From: Trypethelium eluteriae
Lineage: Eukaryota
Direction: 5' to 3'
Length of the DNA: 35,587 nt
Assembly: GCA_051942245.1 (NCBI GenBank)
Contig: JAVECL010000022.1
Location: 62,001-97,587 of the forward strand
Shown here: positions 25,456 to 35,002 of the stretch, in pieces
How the letters are laid out: each line of letters opens with the position of its first letter
Numbering within the stretch: position 1 is the stretch's first letter
Made by a program: the position numbers and the translations under genes
Notes under the pieces: model-generated
Databases searched by the model: none
Seen by the model: only the letters and a program-made list of their open reading frames with translations
What the model was told of the DNA's origin: nothing

Positions 25456-28400
25456 CTAGTCTTTTATGGAAGGCTCGAAACAATTCCATGCGTGATTGTT
25501 CTGTAGGTGACTGAAGAAAGGCCTACACATAAAACAATAATCAAAGTCTGAACACGTGCGACAGTGGAAACGCGGTCCGCAGATATCCTACGTAATATGA
25601 GTTGCGTTCAGGTTTTGCCAAGCTATGCACTCACATGAAAGCAGCAATTGCACCAATAACCTTCGTGGCGTTTACCATGGACTCGCATAGTATCTTCGCC
25701 AGTGTCTAGTAGAGACATAGAATGTTCGAAAAGCTCTTTGAGCATCTCCCCCTTTCCATGGAAGATAGCGACAGAAATAGAGCTCCAGTGGCCTGCTGGC
25801 CTGGAAACGGCAACATTGGTACTGTGGACGCCTTTCTCAATCAGTTTCTCTACGAGATGGGGATTTCCCTTTCTACAGGCCCAGTGAATAGGGGTCCAAT
25901 ATTCGCTCTGCGTGCGGGAGACACGATCCATATCTAGTACCGCGTTGAGAATCTCCAATGAACCTCCAGACGAAGCATAATGTAAAAGGTTTTCTCCCTT
26001 TAAGTCGGTCATTGCAGGATCAATGCCTAGACGGAGGAGATACTGGAAGGCGTTGAAATGCCCGCCTCTGGCGGCAAGATGAAGAGGCGTTCGACCGTGC
26101 CGTTCAATTAGAAGTGGGGCTTCATAGTTATGATCGTAGATTAAGCGCAATAGATCCGTATGACCCTTGAAGGCAATGAGGTGCAGGGAGGAACCATAGC
26201 GACAGTCAAGAGATCTTAGATGAGAACCAGCGTCCAGAAGGAGCTTCACGACTCCGATAGAGCCGCTGGCACAGGCCGCCCCAAGTGCGTTCGTAAAGGG
26301 TCCGCCCTGCGCATCTATGTTGATGCCCTTGTCAAGCAGCAGCCTCACAATTGGCTCGTAGCCTTTCTCGGAAGCTGCTATCAGCGCATTATCAGAGAAT
26401 TCATCCCGTGCATTAACGTCAGCGCCCTTATCAAGCAGCAACCTTACAATCTGCCCATGGCCTTTCAAGGAAGCTGCTATAAGCGCATTACCAGAGAATT
26501 TATCCTGTGCATTAACATCGGCGCCCTTGTCAAGCAGCAACCTCACAATCTGCTCGTGTCCCTCTAATGCAGCTTCCTCAAGGGCGTTACCATAGTCCCC
26601 ACCCTGTGAATTAACGTCGGCGCCCTTATTGAGTAGTAGCTTCACCATCTCGTAATACCCATGCTTTGCCGCAAGGTATAGTGGAGTCTGACCGTGGCTA
26701 TCCTTACTGGCAAGTGCGGTCGCTCCCTCGTGAATTTGTCGTGCCAGTATCTTCTCTGATGTGAGACATAACCCAAATCTGGCAATTAGATGCAGACCTG
26801 TCGTGTTCTTGGCATAATCCTGGCTGTAGCCCTTGTATTTGTAAGCTGAAGGCCGCAATGCCTGTGTAGCACATGAAACTAATCCTTCATGGAGGAGAAA
26901 TGAACAAATCTGCTCACACACCCCATCTTCAACTGTTATTGCATGCTCTCCCCAGTGCTTGGCAGCATAGTCTAGGAATTGGTTTTGCCGAAGCCTTTCT
27001 TCAAACTCTTCGTCAGTGGCACTACTACCAGATTTGAAAGCATCAAAGCATAGGTAGGTAAGCCACGTTGACGTGATTTCAAGCAGAGCACTAGGGTTCC
27101 ATTGTTCCATAATGCGTTCAAAGTATTCCTGTGTCGTGCAGTGCACAAGACGGACTATAGCACTCTCCGGGTCGATCACAACAAGGCCGGCGCATACTGA
27201 TACCAAGTCTTCAATGTCAGGTACATTGTCTGGGTCAAGTTCCACATCTTCTGGCTCTACTGCTAAAGCACAGCATAGCTCAGCCGTAGTTGGGGGCCTC
27301 TTCGCGTAAGTAATCCAAGAGAGGACCTTCTTTGCTTGTTCCAGGTCGCCACTCAGCTGACCTTCTATCCTTTGAATAGCCTCTCTATATGCATCATCGA
27401 GTGTGACCGAGCCTTTGGAGAGCCTTGTTACAGTTGACTTCACATCTTTTGGTGTTCTCTTATCCAGGAGCGAGTCTGTATATAGGCGGGCGAGAAGGAA
27501 CCTAAGAACCAGTAAGCCTATTCCAACTTCCAGCAAGCAGAGATCAAAGCTTACATGCCGTTTACTGCCTCTGTTATCTCTTCTTGCACCATCTTTTGTA
27601 AAGCAGCGTCACGCCGAATGCATCTTGGCAGCCTGTAAACCTGACCAGCTATAAACCTCTTCACGTCCTCGTCCCTTGCCCGTATCTCTAGGGTTAGCAC
27701 TAATTCAAAGTCATTGCTAATGTCCGGAATGATACGCGAGGTGATCATTAGGCGTAAATCTGTCTCAGCTTGCAGGTCCATAACTTTGGCTAGAAAGAAG
27801 CGACGAGTGCCATCATTGTCGCGACACTCATCTACAGCATCGATTACGACGTACACAGAACAGAACGTTGCAAGTACGTATCTTAGAGCCGCAAAGATCT
27901 CGTCAAATGATGGCCTCGTCCCCCGATGGGCATGCTGCACGTACAACCGTTCCACAGGCTCCTTAAGCGAAGACCGGCTCTGTATCAGCTGCTTGGGAAT
28001 AGCCGCAAGCAGATCAATAGCACTGTGCTCTTCCTGAGTCTTGTAGTTGCAGTATATATAAGCGATTCCGACGGAGTTGCTTTGTACTGTCTTCAATAAG
28101 TGCTCGATTGCGGTGGCTGCTATTATAGTCTTGCCGGCCCCAGGAATACCCGGGCAGAAAAGCGTTCCTTTCGGCTGTCTAAGCCACTGTGCTACCTTGG
28201 AAGTGCTAAGAAACCACTCGCCAGTCCCTTGCTGCCTACGGCTAATGACATCGGATTGTTGCGCGGGATAGTCCGTCGGTCAGATCCATGCCATGAGCTT
28301 GTTATGTTGTGCAAGGTCGGCTTCACGCCGTGTATAGCTAGTGACGTCCTTTATAGCTTCCGTATTACTGCGGGTTACATCTCCGCTCTCTTTTATGGCT

Positions 28401-28878
28401 TGAGATAGTTTACTACATACGTTAGCGACCTTATTAGAATGTAGTCAAACACTGATATCGGAACTAACAAGTGATCCATTTGCAATGCGACCTCTATCAA
28501 TGTCTTCAGGCGCTCCATACGGCTTACTATACTGGCAATCTCCTCTTTCTTGAACCTCCACACTAATGCGTTGCCCGTCTGCCCTATGTTGCCTCTGCCG
28601 GTCATCTTACTTTGCAGCTGCTCTAGCGCTTCCTTGAACTGATCAAGTGGGCCATTCTCAGTTGCAAGGTTCCGGGCTGCAGTATACCACGGAGTACTAG
28701 AGTCCCCTTCCTCGAGGCGGAATCTGAGGGTTGTGAGAAGACTGTAGAGGTTGGCGGCCTCAACCGCACAGATTGCGCGGTCTTTCGAGGTATCTTTGAC
28801 TTCGTTAAGGTACCCGAGAACTCTACTCGAAAGCTGGAGGGTAGCAATAACGCTTGCTGTTATACTGAAAGGGTCCAT
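25456..28878 (-). pseudogene. Fungal NLR-like gene: N-terminal SesA/HeLo-like helical domain + NACHT + ankyrin repeats + ZZ-type zinc finger, with in-frame TGA at 28282-28280. Exons 28878-28469, 28412-27555, 27501-25635, 25587-25456
   Basis: N-terminus MDPFSITASVIATLQL; Walker A CPGIPGAGKT; Walker B VVIDAVDEC; GM|FLLARL; ankyrin repeats; C-terminal WCNCCFH|DICGPRFHCRTCSDFDYCFMC. Exon 2 reads LMAWI*PTDYPAQQSD, where the family usually has WISPxD. Confidence 0.8.
26320..26650 (-). repeat. Tandem 99-bp ankyrin-coding repeats (3-4 near-identical units)
   Basis: The tcaagcagca(a/g)cct(c/t)acaa motif recurs at ~26331, 26430 and 26529, with a more diverged copy at ~26628. Protein unit GHxQIVRLLLDKGADVNAxDxFSxNALIAAS. 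Confidence 0.85.
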
Positions 28879-29431
28879 ATGGAAGGTGGGCGAAGTTTGT
28901 AAAGATGCAAGAGAACATGTCAGAGGAGCTCAACACACAACGAAACATAGGATACGAAAGGCCAATGGGCTGCAAAGAACGGATTGGGGTAACTGCAGCA
29001 GGGCTGAAGAGTTTTGTACACGCGGTTTACTCCGTGCTGTGCCGTGCACCATAGCTATATCAACGACACAGTCGACAGAAGTAGAAGAAACTGAATACGC
29101 AATGATAAAAGCTCGGAGATATTTTAGCCATTAGAGTAAGTTGTAAATACATTGTAAATTGCTCAAAGCACTTCTCCCACAAATTTCAAGGTCTTCTGGC
29201 GAACGTCTCAGGATGTGAAAATTGGAACAGATGCAGAAAAATACAAGCAATGGCACTGGGTCGAAAGAAAATTAAAGAAAAACGGGAGAGCTGACAATTT
29301 ATTACTGGGTGACAGTTTCACTCCGCACAAGCTAAGGAGCGACCAGTGAAAGTCCTTCACGTCTTCAATCCCACTAATATAGGTGGGGATACGTCGCTCG
29401 ATAGTTCCTTCCATATAATTGGTCTGAAAGT

Positions 29432-29449
29432 AAAAAAGAAAACAAAAAA
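29432..29449 (-). terminator. RNA polymerase III oligo-T terminator downstream of tRNA-Met
   Basis: The minus strand reads ATAATTTTTTGTTTTCTTTTTT immediately after the discriminator base. Confidence 0.8.
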
Positions 29450-29489
29450 TTATTGCCCCGTGCAAGGATCGAACTTGCGACCTTCAGAT

Positions 29490-29523
29490 AACTTGAACTC
29501 TTCGAGTCCATCATATGTTCAAA
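29490..29523 (-). other. Canonical 34-nt tRNA intron at position 37/38
   Basis: TTTGAACATATGATGGACTCGAAGAGTTCAAGTT lies one base 3' of the anticodon, contains TATGA complementary to TCATA, and lacks GT-AG ends. Confidence 0.85.
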
Positions 29524-29530
29524 TATGAGA

Positions 29531-29582
29531 CTAAACGATAGAAAGTCAGCGGCTGATTGCATGCAGATGCAACGATGCGTAC
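29531..29582 (-). other. 52-nt spliceosomal-type intron inside the tRNA-Met anticodon stem (between positions 30 and 31)
   Basis: CAG|GTACGCATCG...CCGCTGACTTTCTATCGTTTAG|T: GTRNGY donor, GCTGAC branch site 14 nt before the end, pyrimidine-rich stretch and TAG acceptor. Size matches the mRNA introns in this window. Confidence 0.8.
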
Positions 29583-29640
29583 CTGACGTGATAGCCAACT
29601 ACACCAACGAGGCGATGCAATGATTTAAGATTTTGGTACA

Positions 29641-29650
29641 TAATTATATA
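29641..29650 (-). promoter_or_regulatory. TATA-like element ~30 nt upstream of the tRNA-Met 5' end
   Basis: Minus strand TATATAATTA at about -28 to -37 from 29613. Confidence 0.45.
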
Positions 29651-30534
29651 TTGGTCAATTTAAATAACACCAACATAAGCCTGTTCTCCCTTTAGGTAAT
29701 TAGATTACCTATTACCTACCTTGGTAGGTAGGTGAGTACTAAACTAGGACCGAGCAGGAATAACCCCTTTTCTTAGTACTTCAAGGTTCTTATTAAGGTG
29801 AAGTAGGTCTTGGGGCGAACTGGAACTCTTCTTCGGACTTCCCATGAATTTAGTATGGTCGTGGAAACGCCCATCGCACAAGTTACGCCCGCCTAAGTTA
29901 CTTCGCCCCAATTCTTCCAAGGGTTTCTGGATGAAGGAGGGTGGAGAGGTGGCGGCGGTACGATATGAGGTCTCCGATAAGTGACCAGGTTAACGATAAG
30001 CGAATATGGCTTTCAAAGACAGATCAGTCTGAGCTAACTACTCTACTTGGATAGCAGACTTGCGGATCGAGAGCCGGAGCATGGAAAAACTTCTTGGCGT
30101 TTTCGGAAAGGTGTATATTCAAAACTATAAAAGTAAAGACTGTCATTCACGGCGGATCCAAGAAGCCCCCAACGTCGCTCGTTGCCACTTCGTAACGTCT
30201 TATTGTCCGGAGACTCCAAAGTGAAGATGCTCTCACGTTAGATCAGCTCTGGGAACCAGCTCATGGTGCAATATTATGATTGAAATGGGTAACTGAGTTC
30301 GGAATAATCGCCTCCAGCCATTCTACTTTCCAGCAATGGGACTTACCTTTCCTGATCATCGATCGCTTCCAATCCTGACGTCGTAGTTAATTGAAGTAAT
30401 GTCACTCATGGATTTTTGGCACCACCTGCTCGGATTGTATTCACTAGTGCGCCCCCGAGGCCCTGTTGGGTTCTTCCTGAGCGCTGTAAGAGGAGGTTCG
30501 AGGGAGAAGATGCATTAGCACTCTCAAGCACTAT

Positions 30535-31965
30535 TCAAAGCCCACTCAACTTGATACGGTCCGCGCTCTCACATTGAAGAAAACCATCTCTATCGCATTC
30601 CGGAGGCCACTTCTCCTTAGTAACCCCGTAACTCCCATTCTTCGATTTACCAAAGTAGAAGCGAGCCACATCACTTGTTGCCACCTTCGTCGCACTAGCG
30701 ACATTACTTTCTCGAACCGCTTGGGCCATCCACTCAAAGGTCTCACCAGGAGTGAAGCGCATGATCCATTCGACATCGTTCTGATCCACATCCTTACTCA
30801 AAATCCTGAGTCTGATCGTCATACCCACCCAGTATAAGAACAAAGACTTCACAAGCAGTACCACAATTCCGGCGAGCAACAGGAGCTCCCAAAGGATCCA
30901 CGTTCGTGTCGTGATACAGCCCTGTGACTGCGTTGACATGCTGGAGTTCAACAAATAGTTGTTTCCGCTTGCCACCATGATCATGGAATTTAATATTTGC
31001 TCTAGCACACTTCCGGCGTCTGGAGAAGCGGGCGAGCCCGTTCCGCTGTAGAGTGAGCCTTGGAATGTCTGCTTCCAATCTTGAAGGGTCGCGAAGGAGT
31101 CGATCCCCTTTTGAATGTCCGTGAGCATATCGTAGGTGTCATGTAGAGCGCACTCATAGCTCTGCATTCGTTTCGTGTCATTGCCTTGGGCGGATAAATC
31201 CACAGAAGCTCGAACATTAAACGTTGTGTCGATAGTCTGACCAGCCGAAGTCTCCAGAATAACAAGGTGGCTAAATGTACCGTCTTGGTTCGCATTGGCA
31301 ACAGAGACAGGAGTACTATAAAGCATATTGTGTTGCACAGTGTCGGAGACAACATCATCCGAAGATGTAGAGAATGGATACTCCAGTACCTGCGGCTTTG
31401 CTGTACAAGTCCACTCCCCGAGAACACCAGCTACATCTGCACTGAATCTTGGATCCCTGTTTACTTTAGCATAGATACCTTGCTTTCCACCATTTTGTAT
31501 GCTCTTGAGCTGTGCTTGTGTCACGACCATGTATGGTGCGCCGTTGGATGTTGGGAGCCCCATGCGATAATCTGAGACGACAAGACCGACTCCAAATGGG
31601 CATCGATCGCGAACGGGAACTGATTGGATAAGGGTAGACACAAAGTCTGCCCCCACACTCAATGCGTAAGTTAGGATCATAATAAGGCCTAACCATCCCC
31701 CGGGAAGGACCTTGAGCGTCTTTAGTGCAATGACTGAATCAAGTCCGGATAACCAGTTCGACATTAGGGGCAATGGGGCATGTTGCCTTCGCATGAGCTT
31801 CAGCTTAGCTTGTGTAGCCAACCACTTTCTGCCAAGAAAGCTAATAGCGATGAACAGGACGACAAAGAGAATACGGAACAATAGTCGGACATGAGTACTG
31901 GGGTAATTAACAAGGAGCTTGGCCGTTGTGATTTCAGTAAGCTGTGAGTACTACCGAGGAAGCAT
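30535..31965 (-). CDS. Hypothetical fungal membrane protein (N-terminal TM helices, Cys-containing lumenal domain, C-terminal TM); 5' end unresolved
   Basis: 448-codon ORF 30535..31881 begins at TTG, with hydrophobic segments LFVVLFIAISFLG, WLGLIMILTYALSVGA and WILWELLLLAGIVVLLV. The nearest upstream in-frame ATG (31965) is followed by TAG at 31953-31951. Confidence 0.65.
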
Positions 31966-32505
31966 TAAGAAATGGATCCAATAAATCTGAGATGAAACAA
32001 AAGAGTACTGAGTAGAAAACAATACCTTATTAAAGTACGCTATCGGATGGAAGCCAGCCGAATTCTCTATATCTACATTGAAAGCTGACCTTTACTTCTT
32101 AAAGTCAAACCAAGCGAGTCCACATGGCTCCGTTTGGTTTCTGTGGGCAATGCGCAGGGCATATCACATCAACCATCCGAAGATGTGACAAATCATCCCA
32201 GAATAATACACGATCTGACGACGGATTTGGTATGTGAAAGCGAAAAGATTCGAGCCAAAACGACGAGGTGGGATGATTACAGTGGAGGGTGGTGTGGTGG
32301 GCTGGACCGTTAACCAAAGTAGGAACGCGCCATATTAATGAGGCTTCATATTAGATAAGGCCTAGAACTTCAGCCTGGTCGCTACCTAACTTCGGAAACA
32401 GGCGCTCGTGAGGTGCCCGAGTGGATAAATACTTCAACATTGCGGTTCAGAAGTCGAATGTTCAACATTAGCCCTCTTACCAAAGTCCTCAGGATGCAGA
32501 ACAAA

Positions 32506-33403
32506 ATGCAATTACCTCTTCGGCAACTAGTGACTGCGATTTTCTTCAATATTTTTGTAAATGCGAGCCTCCAAATTCGTCAACAAGAAAGCTCAGCCTC
32601 ATCATTGTTTGATGCTTGCACCGATTATGTTGCAACATGCCCACTGAGCATAAACTGTAGGCCCGCATGTTGAAGATCGTAAGTTTAGATTCAGAGACTG
32701 AATTGAAAATCAGCTTGTGCAACTTAATTCTGCGATTTCTGTGCATCTTTGGCGGGTCCACCTTTCATTTCGTGCTGTGGTGAAGGTTCAGCAACCGCGT
32801 GTTTCGAATCTCTTGCGGGAATTGCTGCACCGCAGACAGATACTGCCATGACGACAGGTATAATCACTGGGAGTTCACCTTCGGTCCCTATCACGCTCGA
32901 CCGGAATTCGATAAGCTGCGATAGTGCGTTCGACATGCTTCGTTCGTGCGCCTCTGAGACGCCAGACTTCACCAAAGGGGATGATGGCTATCAAGCGAGC
33001 TGTCTATGTTACTCTCACTCGACATTTGACCCATGGTCTTTTGACAACCTACAGAGTGCCTGTGTTTCGTATGCGACAACAGCAGATCAAACTGATCTTT
33101 CTGTCTGCACAGCTGCTGCTGGTCTTTGTACTCTGGCTGGTAACGTAAGGTCTGCGACAGCGATTGTTAATAGCCCCGGACAGGCGACACCAGCCCCTAC
33201 CTCGTCAATTCCTGTTTCCACGAGCATGTTGCAACCACCGAGTACCCAGCTACCGTCAAAGACAGCAGCAACTAGCGTAGCTCCCAGAGAGCAGGTGAGG
33301 GTTTCAAGGATCAGACGCTGCCACAAACTAATCTCGAGTATAGGTCTCAGTAGGCTGGGTCTTTTTAATACTGGGCTGCGTTCTTGAATCGTTGCGATCG
33401 TAA
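32506..33403 (+). pseudogene. Small secreted Cys-rich, Ser/Thr-rich, possibly GPI-anchored protein; the best splice model contains an in-frame TAA (32725-32727). Exons 32506-32656, 32714-33294, 33344-33403
   Basis: Signal-like MQLPLRQLVTAIFFNIFVNA; Cys-rich domain (CDSAFDMLRSC...QASCLCYS...FDNLQSACVSY...CTAAAGLC); S/T/P stalk; hydrophobic C-terminus VSVGWVFLILGCVL after the GTGAGG..ACTAAT..TAG intron. Confidence 0.55.
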
Positions 33404-34852
33404 GAACCGGGAGGAATCAACAGAAACATGGGAGAAAGGGAGACGAGGATCGAAATTGATTAGTTACTAGGCGTTAGTTAAAGGTCTGCGTTTTCCTCAA
33501 AGCTTATTATGGCTCAATGAAGGTACCGTACCCAGTATTTGTCCACAGTGAGAACTCATAGCGCTACCACTCTTGGACACTACTACAGTCACAATGTATC
33601 CAAATTCTTTGGGCACCACAATCATAAAGTATCCAAATTCCATCCGATGGGTCAGAATCGATAAGTGGAGAAAGCTTTAGAACCCGAAAAAAACGTCTGA
33701 CACAAAACGAATGTATCCGGTGGTACTAGTAGCCATTTGAGCCGATTATTCATGGGACTGCAGGACTCTTCTGTAAAGATGAAGCAAGCCTTTTGACATA
33801 TCGCAGGATAGAAGGAGCATAAAAGGCACAATACCTAGTCTGTATTTTTTGAGATGATTTCGCTTCGCGCACAGCCATTCTCATGTTCTGGGAAGTCTCC
33901 GCTGCGTTGTGGGAGCGTAAGGATAGTGGACAATGCGTTAAGCTGAAGAAAAACAGGGAAAAGCTGCGCATTGGCCAATGGATCGGCTCTCCACCACTTT
34001 CCAACAAAGCTGGGGTCACGAAAAGCAGTTCGGCAACTTCAGCAGCTTCGGCAACAGCGCCACCAGGAGGCAGTTCGACAAGCGCAAAATTGACAGCTTC
34101 TACAAGTGTCAAGTATAGTATGGCAGGTCATGTTCAATGCGCAACGGTGTGACATATGCATCGTATTTGATAGTCGTTGGGCCAGCCGTCCCAAGGTACC
34201 CAAACGGGTGTCTATCTTGTCATGAAGGCTGGATCGGCCCTAACGGATTGACCTGAGTTCCATTCCTCTGTGCGCGCTAGATACTCGGCGCTCGATGGGT
34301 CTTTGAGGAGGTCTGGCCCGTCGACTGCATCCAATAAGAAGGTTTTCAGGTTGTTCGACTTGGTCGAGTTATCCCCCGCGACTGTGTCTCAAATGATGTG
34401 ATTAATTCCCATCTGTCGGTCTCGGCGCTAACTTGTTTGGCAATTTAGATCAACTGGAGGAACTTCAGATCCCAATTCCATAATTATGTGATCGGAGCTC
34501 TTCCAAGCTGCACTCGGATGTGCTCTCATCCCCTTCCTGGCTTGGAGGATGAGAGTTTAGAATGGCTAACTCGACATCGTCTGTGAGATTTTTCTCCGTT
34601 AGGAAGCAGAGACCCTGCGATTTGAATTTCTTCTGGACAGCGGGATTTTCAACTACAAATCCGATATCATCGATTGGGCAAATTTCCAGGACAGACGTGG
34701 GTAGCCCCAGATTGCGACGATAATGGCTGAGTTTCCTCTCTTCTCATCCTACTTCGGCTAGGCTCTCAGATCACATTCCGTAGGCTTCGCAGCAAGTCAT
34801 AGACCGATCATGAAGGAATATCACATGGTGGGAATTCGATACAAGTTCTACA

Positions 34853-35002
34853 GATCTGTGTAGAAATGACAGACCTGCGTAGAGGTCAAAGAGACCTGCA
34901 TAAAAGCGAGAGACCTGCGTAGAAGATAGGGACCTACGCAGAGATGAGGGACCCGCGTAGACGCGAGGGACCCGCGTAGAGATGGGAGTCGACCCGAGCA
35001 GG
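34853..35002. repeat. Degenerate minisatellite, ~19-bp period, 7-8 units, core GACC(T/C)GCGTAGA
   Basis: Cores start at ~34853, 34872, 34893, 34912, 34931, 34950, 34969 and 34991. Confidence 0.8.

Larger units (their letters stand above)
29454..29613 (-). tRNA. Elongator tRNA-Met (anticodon CAT, 29527-29525) with two introns. Exons 29613-29583, 29530-29524, 29489-29454
   Basis: Spliced 74-nt sequence GCCTCGTTGGTGTAGTTGGCTATCACGTCAG|TCTCATA|ATCTGAAGGTCGCAAGTTCGATCCTTGCACGGGGCA. Acceptor stem GCCTCGT/ACGGGGC; A-box TGGTGTAGTTGG; T-arm GCAAG-TTCGATC-CTTGC. The anticodon arm TCAGT-CTCATAA-TCTGA has the U31:U39 pair typical of fungal elongator tRNA-Met. Confidence 0.9.

Noticed and set aside
29208..29598. 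ORFs overlapping the tRNA, raising the idea that the GT-AG insert belongs to a protein-coding gene
   Set aside because: The ORFs are short and non-protein-like and run through the oligo-T terminator. The sequences flanking the insert are exactly the tRNA halves.
25456..33403. RIP as the cause of the premature stops
   Set aside because: The region is not visibly AT-shifted or riddled with stops, and the NLR stop is most simply a C>G change. Not computed, so not fully excluded.
34853..35002. CRISPR-like repeat/spacer array
   Set aside because: Eukaryotic context, 12-bp degenerate cores with only 7-10 nt linkers, and no cas genes.
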